The position numbers and the translations under genes are program-made. This document shows, piece after piece, positions 28,296-38,022 of a stretch of 64,000 bases of DNA (its first letter is position 1; each line of letters begins with the position of its first letter). The notes under the pieces were generated by a model. It worked only from the letters and a program-made list of their open reading frames with translations. It was not told where the DNA came from and did not search any database. Origin of the DNA: an uncultured delta proteobacterium (lineage in GTDB: Bacteria; Desulfobacterota; Binatia; HRBIN30; BPIQ01); contig CAVXGR010000018.1 of NCBI GenBank assembly GCA_963761335.1, positions 640,001-704,000 of the forward strand, read 5' to 3'.

Positions 28296-29171
28296 TTGAA
28301 TATCGCAAAGCCCATCACGGTTGCGGCCCGCGGCTTGCTGCGTCAGCCGTTTCTCCACTTTGCCGTCCTCGGCGCCGTCCTCTTTGCGCTGCACCAGTGG
28401 GTGGCGCCGCGACCCCGCGAGCAGATCGTGGTCTCCTCTTCGCTCGTCGAGAGGCTGCGCCAGGATCATCTGCGGCGTACGGGCGCGGTGCCGACCGCGG
28501 AAGAGGAGGCAGCGCTGGTGCAGCACTACGTCGACGACGAGGTGCTGATCCGCGAGGCCGTCGCTCTCGGGCTCGACCGAGGCGACGTCATCGTCCGCCG
28601 CCGCCTGGCGCAGAAGATGGAATTCCTGCTCGACAGCGAGGCGGCGCCGGCGCAGGACGCCGACCTGCGGCGTTACCTGCAGAGCCATCGGCAACGATAT
28701 GCGATTCCGCCGCGCGTGTCGCTGCGCCATGTCTTCGTGAGCAGCGAACGTCACGGGGCGGAGAGCGCCTCGGTGGCGGTCGAGCTGCGCCGGCGATTGC
28801 TCGCCGGAGAGGACGCTTCTCGACTGGGAGACCCATTCCTGCGGGGGGGTGAGCTGCCGCCCCGCAGCGAGGCGGAGCTCGCCGCCATCTTCGGCGACGC
28901 CTTCGCCGCCCGGGTGATGCGTCTGCCGGTCGGCGAGTGGTCGGCGCCGGTGCCGTCGAGCTTCGGGCTTCATCTCGTCCACATCGAGGAGAAGCAGCCG
29001 CCGCGCCTGCCGGAGCTCGACGACATCCGCGGCGCCGTCCAGCGCGACTTCGAGGCAGACCGGAGAGCCGAGGTGCGCTCGGCAGCCCTGCGCCGCCTGC
29101 GACAGCGGTACCGGGTGCGCATCGAGGATCCCGAGGCGCCGCGTCTGGCGCGATTGTCGGGAGAGAGATGA
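28296..29171 (+). CDS. parvulin-like peptidyl-prolyl isomerase (Rotamase_2 type), membrane-anchored
   Basis: LLRQPFLHF..LGA, EVLIREAVALGLDRGDVIVRRRLAQKMEF, WSAPVPSSFGLHLV. The start is uncertain. Confidence 0.88.
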   Translation: MNIAKPITVAARGLLRQPFLHFAVLGAVLFALHQWVAPRPREQIVVSSSLVERLRQDHLRRTGAVPTAEEEAALVQHYVDDEVLIREAVALGLDRGDVIVRRRLAQKMEFLLDSEAAPAQDADLRRYLQSHRQRYAIPPRVSLRHVFVSSERHGAESASVAVELRRRLLAGEDASRLGDPFLRGGELPPRSEAELAAIFGDAFAARVMRLPVGEWSAPVPSSFGLHLVHIEEKQPPRLPELDDIRGAVQRDFEADRRAEVRSAALRRLRQRYRVRIEDPEAPRLARLSGER

Positions 29172-30208
29172 GGAGCGGAGCTCTTCTCCTGGTCGCCGGC
29201 TGCGTGCTGGTGCCCGCGATGGCGGCAGCGCACTCCTTCGATCCGGCGCTCCTCGATCTGCGCGAGCAGCGCACCGGTGTCTTTGCGGTTCGCTGGCGGA
29301 CCAGCCCGGCGGCGGGTGAGGCCCATCTGCGGCCGCATCTTCCCGAGCGCTGCCGGCGGCTCGAGATCGCCGGCGGCTCGGGTGACTCGGCGTGGCAGAT
29401 CGACTGTGGCTCCGAGAGCCTGTACGGCGCAGCACTCCGCGTGGATGGTCTCGAGGCCACCCCGCTCGACGTGGTGGTGCGCATCACCTGGCTGGATGGC
29501 GTCGTCGACACTGGGGTTCTGGCCGGCGGCGCCGGCGTCCTCCGCGTTCGCGTCGCGCCGTCGCCCCCGGTCACGACCGGCGCCGCGCTCGGCACCTACG
29601 TGCTCCTCGGGGTGACCCACATCCTGCGCGGCACCGATCATCTGCTCTTCCTCTTCGGTCTCATGCTGTTGGTCGGCGGCGGTGCGGGATTCCGGAGCGG
29701 GCAAGCCTTTCCATGGCACAACCTGTTGAAGACGATCACCGCCTTCACCGTGGCCCACAGCCTGACCCTGGCTCTCGCGGCTCTCGGTCTGGTGCGGCTT
29801 CCGGTCGCTCCCGTCGAAGCCCTGATCGCCCTGAGCATCGTGTTTCTCGCCGCGGAGTTGGTCGGCGCGGCGCGGCGCGAGGCGGCGGCAGCGACGGCCG
29901 CGGGCGGCTCCCAGCCGTGGATGGTCGCCTTCGCCTTTGGTCTCCTGCACGGCCTCGGCTTCGCCGGCGCCCTGTTTCGGGTGGGGCTGCCGCAGGAGCA
30001 GATGGCCACCGCGCTGCTGGCGTTCAACGCCGGCGTCGAGCTCGGCCAGGTCGCCTTCGTCGCGGCGCTGATCGTGCCGCTGCTGGCATTGGCGCGCGCC
30101 GCGCGGCGGTGGGCCCCGGCGCGGCTGCTGCCCGCCTACGCCATCGGCGCGCTGGCGATGATGTGGACACTGGAGCGCATTCAGCTGTTCTGGGCGGTGC
30201 CGCGGTGA
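29168..30208 (+). CDS. HupE/UreJ family membrane protein with periplasmic N-domain
   Basis: Signal ending AAAH, HILRGTDHLLF, TAFTVAHSLTL, FGLLHGLGFA, FNAGVELGQ; ATGA coupling. Confidence 0.9.
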   Translation: MRSGALLLVAGCVLVPAMAAAHSFDPALLDLREQRTGVFAVRWRTSPAAGEAHLRPHLPERCRRLEIAGGSGDSAWQIDCGSESLYGAALRVDGLEATPLDVVVRITWLDGVVDTGVLAGGAGVLRVRVAPSPPVTTGAALGTYVLLGVTHILRGTDHLLFLFGLMLLVGGGAGFRSGQAFPWHNLLKTITAFTVAHSLTLALAALGLVRLPVAPVEALIALSIVFLAAELVGAARREAAAATAAGGSQPWMVAFAFGLLHGLGFAGALFRVGLPQEQMATALLAFNAGVELGQVAFVAALIVPLLALARAARRWAPARLLPAYAIGALAMMWTLERIQLFWAVPR

Positions 30209-30249
30209 ACGGCGAACGACAGCGGTTGAAGAAGAGGAGGCCAAGTGCC

Positions 30250-32175
30250 ATGCGGATCACGAGTCGAGTCGTCCTGCTGCTGACCCTGGCATTGCTGACC
30301 GCCTGCGGCGAGGGAAAGAACCCGCAGCCGATCGCCACCGGCGACGCCGGGGAGCCGTGTGCCGGGCGCAATCCGCTGCGCAATGCCTACTTCGGCGACC
30401 TGCACGTACACACCACCTACTCGTTCGATGCGCAAATCTACGAGGTTCGCACCACGCCGCCCGAGGCCTATCGCTTCGCCCGCGGCGAGCCGGTGTCGCT
30501 GCCTCCGCTGGACGCCAATGGCCAGGGCACGCGAACCCTGCGCCTCGATCGCCCATTGGACTTCGCCGCGGTTACCGACCACTCGGAGTTTCTCGGCGAG
30601 ATCGAGGCCTGCACCACCCCGGATTCGCCGTCGTACGACGCCAACAGCTGTCAGATCCTGCGCGTCGGCGGTGACGGGGCGACACGCACCTGGGGGGTCC
30701 AGCTGGCGCAGATGGATCCCATGCGCCTGCGGGACGTCTGCGGCGGCAGCGGTTGTCCGGACGAAACGGGGGAGGTCTGGCGGCGCATTCAGGATGCCGC
30801 GGCCGCGGCCGATGATCCGTGCACCTTCACCAGCTTCGTCGCCTACGAGTACACGGGCAACACCAACGTCAGCAACCTGCATCGCAACGTCATCTTCCGC
30901 AACCAGCACGTACCGTCGCCGACCACGTACTTCGAGCAGCCGACGCCACAGGGGCTGTGGAGAGAGCTGCAGAGGACCTGCCTGGATGCCGGCAACGGAT
31001 GCGACGTCCTCGCCATTCCCCACAACCCGAACGAGAGCAACGGCAATATGTTCTTCGTCGAATATCCCGGCGCCGCAAGCCTGCAGGAGCAACGCGAGCA
31101 GGCGGCGTTCCGCGCCGGCATGGAGCCGCTGGTGGAGATCTTCCAGCACAAGGGCGACTCGGAATGCATGAATGGGGTCTCGGGGATCGTGGGTGCGCCC
31201 GACGAGCTCTGCGGCTTCGAGAAGAGGCGCACGCCTCCGTTCGAGGACTGCGGCGACGGCACCGGCACCTTCGGCGTCGCCACCGCGGGTTGCGTCTCCC
31301 GGCTGGATTTCGTGCGCGGTGCGCTGCTGGCCGGGCTGCAGGAAGCGCAGCGCCTCGGTGTGAATCCGTATCAGCTCGGCATCATCGCCAGCACCGACAC
31401 CCACAACGGAACCCCGGGAGCGGTGGCCGAGGATCGTTTCATCGGCCATCGCGGCACGGACGACGCCTCGGTGGAGCACCGCCTCGGCCCGGGAACCCTG
31501 TATCCCGGTGGGATCATTTTCAATCCCGGCGGCCTCGCCGGCGTGTGGGCCGAGGAGAACACGCGCTCGAGCATCTTCGATGCCCTGCGCCGGCGCGAGG
31601 TGTTCGGCACCAGCGGCCCGCGCATCACCGTGCGCTTCTTCGGCGGCTGGGATCTGCCCGCCGGGATGTGCGATGATCCGCAGATGATCGCCTCCGCGTA
31701 CGCAGCGGGTGTTCCCATGGGGGGCGTGCTCCCGTCTTTGCCCGCGGAGGCCCAGGGGCCGCGATTTCTGGTCTCGGCGCTGCGCGACCCGGGGACGCTG
31801 GAGCGCCCGGGAGTGCGCCTGCAGCGGCTGCAGGTGATCAAGGGATGGATCGAGAACGGCGAGCCGCACGAGCAGGTGTTCGAGGTCGCCGGCGATCCGG
31901 ACAACGGCGCTGCCGTCGATCTCGACAGCTGCACTCCGCTTGGCTCCGGGGCGGACTCGCTGTGCACCGTGTGGTCCGACCCGAGCTTCGACGCCGAGCA
32001 GCAGGCGTTCTACTACGCCCGCGTCGTCGAGAACCCCAGCTGCCGCTGGAGCACGTACATCTGCAACTCGTTGCCGGCCGCCGACCGCCCTCCGGCGTGC
32101 ACCGATCCGCAGGTGCCGAAGACGATCCAGGAGAGGGCCTGGAGCTCGCCGATCTGGTACCAACCGGGGGTGTGA
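30250..32175 (+). CDS. DUF3604 family lipoprotein (PHP-like metallohydrolase)
   Basis: Lipobox LLTAC; GDLHVHT, DFAAVTDH, HRNVIF, IPHN, STDTH, ERAWSSPIW. Confidence 0.92.
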   Translation: MRITSRVVLLLTLALLTACGEGKNPQPIATGDAGEPCAGRNPLRNAYFGDLHVHTTYSFDAQIYEVRTTPPEAYRFARGEPVSLPPLDANGQGTRTLRLDRPLDFAAVTDHSEFLGEIEACTTPDSPSYDANSCQILRVGGDGATRTWGVQLAQMDPMRLRDVCGGSGCPDETGEVWRRIQDAAAAADDPCTFTSFVAYEYTGNTNVSNLHRNVIFRNQHVPSPTTYFEQPTPQGLWRELQRTCLDAGNGCDVLAIPHNPNESNGNMFFVEYPGAASLQEQREQAAFRAGMEPLVEIFQHKGDSECMNGVSGIVGAPDELCGFEKRRTPPFEDCGDGTGTFGVATAGCVSRLDFVRGALLAGLQEAQRLGVNPYQLGIIASTDTHNGTPGAVAEDRFIGHRGTDDASVEHRLGPGTLYPGGIIFNPGGLAGVWAEENTRSSIFDALRRREVFGTSGPRITVRFFGGWDLPAGMCDDPQMIASAYAAGVPMGGVLPSLPAEAQGPRFLVSALRDPGTLERPGVRLQRLQVIKGWIENGEPHEQVFEVAGDPDNGAAVDLDSCTPLGSGADSLCTVWSDPSFDAEQQAFYYARVVENPSCRWSTYICNSLPAADRPPACTDPQVPKTIQERAWSSPIWYQPGV

Positions 32176-32194
32176 CGGCCCCGCGGGCAAAGCC

Positions 32195-33562
32195 TCACTT
32201 CTCGCTCTTCTTGTGGCGGCCGCTGCGGTCCCCGTCGCTCACCAACTGGGCGAAGGTGAGACCGTCCCATTTGCGGAGCGCCGCGGCTTCGGCCTCCTGC
32301 CAGCGCGACTCGATCTCCGCAGTGGTGTCGTCCTTTTCCCGCCAGGCGCGGACATCGCCCTCCTCGCGCAGCCGGCGCACGACCTCGCCCGGCTTGATCT
32401 GGCCGGGATCACGGCTGGGGATGAGCTGCCGGTGCTCGCCAACCTCGAGGAGTAGGCCGGACTCGAGCAGGCGGTCGACGACGCGGTTGACGAGCCGTCC
32501 GGAGACCTTCAGCTCCTGCGGAAGGTCCTCCGGTGTAGGGGGCTCGGCGGCGCTGATGAAGCGCTTCGAGGCCTCGGCGAGGATGCGCAGCGCCAGCAGC
32601 TCGCGGCTCGCCATGCTGGCGTTCGGAGCCAGCAGCTCCTCGCGGTAGGTGGCGATGTTTTGCGAGGCAAATGCCACCTGGGCGCCGAGCAGAACGATCA
32701 GCCAGGCGAGGTACAGCCAGAAGACGAAGATCGGGAGGGCGCTCAGCGATCCGTAGACGTTGGAGTAGTAGACCGTGGAGCGAATGTACCACGAGTAGCC
32801 GAAGGCCGCCGCGGACCACAGCGTACCGCTGAAGAGGCCGCCGATGGCGGCGGCGGCGGGGGGCACGCGGGTCGAGGTCATGATGTAGTACATCAGCGCG
32901 AACGCCGAGCAGATGACCACCAGCGGCAGCAGGCGCGAGAAGAAGATCTCCGCGGTGCCGGTCTGCTCGAGGATCCACTCGAGCGGTGCCAGCCTGTGAA
33001 ACAGCGCCGGCAGTGAAACGCCGAGAACGAGCAGGGTAGGGGCGATGGTGACCACCGTCCAGTAAACCGTCAGCCGCTCGAAGTACGAGCGGCTGCGCTT
33101 CACGCCCCAGATATCGTCGAAGGCGTCCTCCATGCTGCTCATCAGCGAGACCACCGCGATGACCACGAACACGAAGCCGGTGGCGCCGATGGCGCCGCCG
33201 TGGACGTTCTCGAGGATCATGTTGAGCCGTGCGGTGGCCTGGTCGCGTACGCCGACGGCCAGGTAGCCGGCGATCTTGGAGAGCAACATCTGCTTGGCGC
33301 TCTGCAGGCCCCCGAAGGCGCTGAACATGGAGAGGGCCACCGCCAGGGTCGGCACCAGGCTGAAGATGGTGACGTAGGTCAGCGCTCCGGCGCGCATGGT
33401 CAACTGGTGGCGCGAGAAGCCGTCGCGCACCACGGCGCTCAGCCGCAGGAAAGTCACGAACGGTCTTTCCATACGCCCGAACTCGTCAAGGTCGCGCTCC
33501 CAGATGTCCCGCTCGGCAAAGCGGAACACCCGCAGGCGCCAGGCGTGAAGCTTGAGATTCAC
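32195..33562 (-). CDS. YihY/BrkB family membrane protein with C-terminal Rrf2-like HTH
   Basis: AGALTYVTIFSLVP, YGSLSALPIFVFWLYLAWLIVLLGA. Confidence 0.9.
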   Translation of the reverse strand: MNLKLHAWRLRVFRFAERDIWERDLDEFGRMERPFVTFLRLSAVVRDGFSRHQLTMRAGALTYVTIFSLVPTLAVALSMFSAFGGLQSAKQMLLSKIAGYLAVGVRDQATARLNMILENVHGGAIGATGFVFVVIAVVSLMSSMEDAFDDIWGVKRSRSYFERLTVYWTVVTIAPTLLVLGVSLPALFHRLAPLEWILEQTGTAEIFFSRLLPLVVICSAFALMYYIMTSTRVPPAAAAIGGLFSGTLWSAAAFGYSWYIRSTVYYSNVYGSLSALPIFVFWLYLAWLIVLLGAQVAFASQNIATYREELLAPNASMASRELLALRILAEASKRFISAAEPPTPEDLPQELKVSGRLVNRVVDRLLESGLLLEVGEHRQLIPSRDPGQIKPGEVVRRLREEGDVRAWREKDDTTAEIESRWQEAEAAALRKWDGLTFAQLVSDGDRSGRHKKSEK

Positions 33563-33740
33563 TGTGTCGGCTCCTCCCCATCAATCGTACGGGAATCGCA
33601 GACGGCTTGCAGCCAATGCCGCTGCGGGTCGGCGGTAAGCTTCGCGGAGACGAGGGTCCTTACAAAATGCCGTGTAACCTTTTCTGGACCATACGAGGGA
33701 AGGGCAGATGGCGCAGGGGCAGGAGGGAGACGAGCCGCGG

Positions 33741-33756
33741 TGGCACGAAAAGAGCT
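33741..33756 (+). promoter_or_regulatory. sigma54 promoter candidate
   Basis: TGGCACGAAAAGAGCT (TGGCACG, GG-N10-GC), 30 bp before RBS AAGGAGG and ATG 33787. Confidence 0.68.
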
Positions 33757-33786
33757 TTCCGGGCGAGCAGGAAGAAGGAGGATACG

Positions 33787-34254
33787 ATGTTCAAAATCGC
33801 CTTGATCACTGGAATTGCGGCGCTGCTTTTCGCCGGGATCGCGGGTGCCGACGACAGCTGCAACTACCAGGGGACGGTGTATTCGCCGGGCGCTGCCACC
33901 TGCCAGTCGGGAATGCAGTACCGCTGCGACGACGGAGAGTGGAAGGGGCTCGGGGTCAACTGCGGCGAGAAGCACGCCACCGCGGACACGTGCTCGTTCG
34001 ACGGCCGAAGCTTCTCGATTGGGTCGACCAGCTGCCAGTCGGGCGTGCAGTATCGCTGCGAGGCGGGCTCGTGGACGAACCTCGGCGTGACCTGCACGGT
34101 GGCCGGCGACCAGCCGCTTGCGCCGCTACCTCCCGCACGGACGTGTATGTACAACGGCGCGACCGTCGCCAGCAGCTCGACCATCTGCAAGTCGGGCACG
34201 ACCTTCCTGTGCGACAACGGAGACTGGCGAAATCTCGGCACCGCCTGTCAGTAA
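33787..34254 (+). CDS. secreted protein with three four-Cys repeats (DUF1496-like)
   Basis: Signal peptide; three repeats of C-x-(Y/F)-x-G...C-(Q/K)SG..(Y/F)xC..GxW..LG..C. Confidence 0.8.
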   Translation: MFKIALITGIAALLFAGIAGADDSCNYQGTVYSPGAATCQSGMQYRCDDGEWKGLGVNCGEKHATADTCSFDGRSFSIGSTSCQSGVQYRCEAGSWTNLGVTCTVAGDQPLAPLPPARTCMYNGATVASSSTICKSGTTFLCDNGDWRNLGTACQ

Positions 34255-34342
34255 ACAAAAGTTCGGCTCTTCCCCAAAAAAGGCGGTCGTGCCGGCGGCG
34301 CCGGTGCGGCCGCCTCCCTCCCTAACAAACCAGAAAGCCAAC

Positions 34343-34447
34343 GTGGAAGCGCCGTGCCGGCGCTTCCGAAGCGGCGAGACGCCGCTTCTACTCTGCCCGC
34401 GGGCCAGCGGAGCCTGGCTCGAGTGGAAGCGCCGCCCCGGCGCTTCC
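34343..34447. repeat. REP-like cluster GTRGAAGCG.CG..CCG.CGCTTC (three units)
   Basis: Units at 34343-34367, 34368-34391 (inverted) and 34423-34447. Same family as 45764-45789 and 46077-46102. Confidence 0.75.
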
Positions 34448-34596
34448 ATGTGCAGCTTCTCTCGGCGCGGCGAGCCTGCTAGGTTTCCTGCGCGCCCGGG
34501 GCGATCGCGATGAAGCGATGCAGTGTCCCGTGGGAGGAGACCGGAGGGCATTCGCCTCGGCAAGTGGAGAAGCTCCTCGGCGGAAAGGGGAAGAAC

Positions 34597-36006
34597 GTGG
34601 CATCGACGGAAACGACCTATGACGCGGTGATCGTCGGCGCGGGGACCTCCGGTTCCTTCGTCGCCAATGCCCTGACCCAGGCCGGCATGAAATGCCTGTT
34701 GCTCGAGGCCGGTCAGGACTTCGACCGCAAGACGTACCCGCGCAAGGAGATCGACGGCAACGCCCAGCTCTTCTGGGGCGGCGGCATCGAGCTCAACACC
34801 GACGCCAACATCGGCTTCCTGCGACCGAAGGCGGTGGGCGGCGGCTCCATCGTCAACCAGGCGTTGATGGACCGCTTCGACGACAGCGCCTTTGACGCCT
34901 GGCGGCAGCAGTCGGGCGTCTCCTCCCTCACCCGTGCCGAGCTCGATCCGTGGTACGACCGCGCCGCGGAGCAGATGCAGATGCGCACCGTCCCCGAGGA
35001 GTACCGCAACGGCAATGCCGAGATCTTCCGCCGCGGCTTCGAGCTCAACGGCTACCGCTGCGCGCCGTTGAAGCGGGCCCAGGGGGACTGCCACTTCGAG
35101 GAGGGCAACTGCTGCATCGAGTGCCTCTCCGGCTGCCGCATCGACAGCAAGCAGAGCACGGTGGTGACCGTGCTGCCGCGGGCGCGCGCCGCCGGCCTCG
35201 AGGTGGTGTCGCAGTTCGAGGCGAAGCGAGTCGAGGAGGGCGGCGGCATCGCCACCGTCTCCGGCGCCGGCGCTGACGGCGCCACCGCGGCGTATCGCGG
35301 CAAGAGCCTGGTTCTCGCCGCAGGCGCCATCGGCAACTCGCGCCTGCTGTTGGCCTCCGGCTACGACAAGCGGTTGCCGGCGCTCGGGTACAACTTCAAC
35401 ACCCATCCGCAGTACATGATTCTCGGTCTCTACGACCAGCCGGTGAACGCCCATCGCGGGCCGCTGCAATCGTACAAGTCCGACGATCCGAACTTCCGGC
35501 GGCACGGGTTCAAGCTGGAGAACGTCTTCGCGCCGCCGGTGGCCATCGCCATGCTGATGCCCGGCTTCGGCGCCGCGCACCTCCAGAAGATGAAGAAGAT
35601 CACCCACATCGCCTGTATCGAGGTCGCCGTGCGCGACACCAATCCGGGGCGGGTACGCCTCGGGAAGAAGGGGGCCGTGGTGGTCGAGAAGAAGCTCAAC
35701 GACGAGGACAAGCGCCGCCGCGATCGCGGCCGCGAGGCCATCCACAACATCTTTCACTCCACCGGGGTCAAGGAGATCATCGAGGGCGGCTTCGCCATCG
35801 GCCTGCATCTGCAAGGCGGTTGCAACATGGGCGTCGACCCGCAGCGATCGGTGACCTCTCCGGAGTTTCGACTGCACGGGTCGAAGAACATCTACGTGGG
35901 CGACTCCAGCATCTTTCCGAACGCTCCCGGCATCAATCCGGCATTCACCATCATGGCCTTGTCGTTGCGGGCAGCCGACCAGATCATCAAGGACGCGCGC
36001 GCATGA
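34597..36006 (+). CDS. GMC-family FAD oxidoreductase
   Basis: VIVGAGTSG, AVGGGSIVN, LAAGAIG, HLQGGCNMG, DSSIFPNAPGINP. Confidence 0.93.
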   Translation: MASTETTYDAVIVGAGTSGSFVANALTQAGMKCLLLEAGQDFDRKTYPRKEIDGNAQLFWGGGIELNTDANIGFLRPKAVGGGSIVNQALMDRFDDSAFDAWRQQSGVSSLTRAELDPWYDRAAEQMQMRTVPEEYRNGNAEIFRRGFELNGYRCAPLKRAQGDCHFEEGNCCIECLSGCRIDSKQSTVVTVLPRARAAGLEVVSQFEAKRVEEGGGIATVSGAGADGATAAYRGKSLVLAAGAIGNSRLLLASGYDKRLPALGYNFNTHPQYMILGLYDQPVNAHRGPLQSYKSDDPNFRRHGFKLENVFAPPVAIAMLMPGFGAAHLQKMKKITHIACIEVAVRDTNPGRVRLGKKGAVVVEKKLNDEDKRRRDRGREAIHNIFHSTGVKEIIEGGFAIGLHLQGGCNMGVDPQRSVTSPEFRLHGSKNIYVGDSSIFPNAPGINPAFTIMALSLRAADQIIKDARA

Positions 36007-37976
36007 GCACTCCACAGCTGCTGACCGAGAGACAGTACGCCGGCTTGCTGAAGATCGGCGACATCATCATTCCCGGGGACCGCGACCTGCCGTCGTTCTC
36101 GGCCTCCGGATGCGCCGAGCAGGCGGACCGCATGCTGCGGTACATGAACGAAGGAGATCTGCAGGGCCTCCGCGCCGTCCTCGGTCTCTTCGGGGCGCTG
36201 CCGCGTCCCGCGGTGCGCCAGGTCTTCGCGCTCAGCGAGCGCCACGCCTCGGTTCCGGAGCCGGCCGCTGCCCCATTCCGCATGGCCAACCTCGGCGTCA
36301 AGGGCGTGGTCACGACGCTCTACTACTCCGATATCGGTACCGGCACCTCGGTGCACGAGGCCATCGGCTACGACGCCAAGGTGGTGGTTCACGACGAGGG
36401 AGGGCAAGCCTCCGGCGCGCCGTCTCCGCAGGCAGGCGCCACGGCGCCGCTCCAGATGGCGCCGCCGCCGCCGCCGCCGCCCGCGCCTGCGGGAGTGGCC
36501 GGCGCTCTCGACCGCGCCCGCAGCGGCTTTCGCTCTCTTGCCCAACTGACGCTCGCGGAGCGCCTGCGCCACCTCGGCCTGCTCAAGCGGGCCATCCTCG
36601 AGCGACGCGAGGAGATCATCGACCGCATCCAGAAGGACACGCGGAAATCGCGGTCCGACGCCCTCATCTCCGAGATCTTCGGCGTGCTCGACAATCTCGC
36701 CTGGCTGGAGAAGCGCGGGCCCAAGGCGCTCGCCGATCACCGCCAGCCGACACCGCTGGCGCTGTTGGGGAAGACCTCGTGGACGTGGTACGAGCCGCTG
36801 GGCACCATCCTGGTCATCGCCCCGTGGAACTATCCGTTCTATCAGGCGATCGTGCCGATCGCCTGCGCCTTCGCGGCCGGCAACAGCGTCGTCTTCAAGC
36901 CTTCCGAGTGGACGCCGCTCGAGGGCCTGATCGAAGACCTCCTGGCGCAGGCCGAGTTCGCTCCCAACTGGGTTCAGGTGATCTATGGCGACGGCGCCGT
37001 GGGCGCTCAGCTCGTCGAGCAGAAGCCGGGGAAGGTGTTCTTCACCGGGAGCACGCGCACCGGCCGCAAGATTCTGGCGCTGGCCGCCCCGAACCTGGTT
37101 CCGGTCGAGCTCGAGCTCGGCGGCAAGGACGCGATGATCGTCTTCGACGACGTCAACATCCAGCGTGCCGCCGCCGGCGCCGCCTGGGGGGCGCTCACCA
37201 CCACTGGCCAGTCCTGCACGTCGGTGGAGCGCGTCTACGTGCAGCGGTCCATCTATGAGCCCTTCAAGGCGGCGCTGGTGAAGGAGGTTGCACGCCTCAA
37301 GCAGGAGATCGACACCGACGGCGATGCCGATCTCGGCGCCATGACCACCGACTTCCAGATCGAGATCGTGGCCCGACAGATGGAAGAGGCCCGCGCCAAG
37401 GGAGCTGCGGTGCTCACCGGCAGCGGTTGGGACGGAAAGTCGAAGATGATCCCGCCGATGGTGGTCGACGGGGTTACCGAGGAGATGCAGCTGGCACGCG
37501 AGGAGACCTTCGGCCCGGTGATTCCGCTCATGCCGTTCGACAGCGAGGAAGAGGTGATCCGCCGCGCCAACGAATCCGAATACGGGCTCACCGCCAGTGT
37601 CTGGAGCCGCGATCTGCAGCGCGCCAAACGAGTCGCCCGGGCTCTCCAGGTCGGCGGCGTCTCGATCAACAACGTCATGGCCACGGAGGCCAATCCCGGG
37701 CTGCCCTTCGGCGGCGTCAAGAACAGCGGCTTCGGCCGCTACAAGGGCGAGCTCGGACTGCACGCCTTCTGCAACGTGAAGTCGGTTCTGATCGACAAGG
37801 ACAGCGCCAAGATCGAGGCCAACTGGTATCCCTACACGCGCGAGAAGTACCGGCTCTTCACCGAGATGATGGTCAACCTGTTCAGCGGCGGCGTCCGCTC
37901 GATGGCGCAGTTCGCGCGCGCCGGGATGAAGCTGGAGAGCTACTCGAAGAAGGCGGCGAAGGAGGGGCGCCGGTGA
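36003..37976 (+). CDS. aldehyde dehydrogenase with extra N-terminal domain resembling a GMC small (gluconate-2-DH subunit 3-like) subunit
   Basis: IAPWNYP, KPSE, FTGSTRTG, ELGGKD, GQSC, EETFGP. About 130 extra N-terminal residues plus a poly-Pro linker; ATGA coupling to the GMC gene. Confidence 0.9.
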   Translation: MSTPQLLTERQYAGLLKIGDIIIPGDRDLPSFSASGCAEQADRMLRYMNEGDLQGLRAVLGLFGALPRPAVRQVFALSERHASVPEPAAAPFRMANLGVKGVVTTLYYSDIGTGTSVHEAIGYDAKVVVHDEGGQASGAPSPQAGATAPLQMAPPPPPPPAPAGVAGALDRARSGFRSLAQLTLAERLRHLGLLKRAILERREEIIDRIQKDTRKSRSDALISEIFGVLDNLAWLEKRGPKALADHRQPTPLALLGKTSWTWYEPLGTILVIAPWNYPFYQAIVPIACAFAAGNSVVFKPSEWTPLEGLIEDLLAQAEFAPNWVQVIYGDGAVGAQLVEQKPGKVFFTGSTRTGRKILALAAPNLVPVELELGGKDAMIVFDDVNIQRAAAGAAWGALTTTGQSCTSVERVYVQRSIYEPFKAALVKEVARLKQEIDTDGDADLGAMTTDFQIEIVARQMEEARAKGAAVLTGSGWDGKSKMIPPMVVDGVTEEMQLAREETFGPVIPLMPFDSEEEVIRRANESEYGLTASVWSRDLQRAKRVARALQVGGVSINNVMATEANPGLPFGGVKNSGFGRYKGELGLHAFCNVKSVLIDKDSAKIEANWYPYTREKYRLFTEMMVNLFSGGVRSMAQFARAGMKLESYSKKAAKEGRR

Positions 37977-38022
37977 GGCGTCGCCCTGGAGTCGAGCTCC
38001 TGCGGCGCGACATCCGCCCCGC

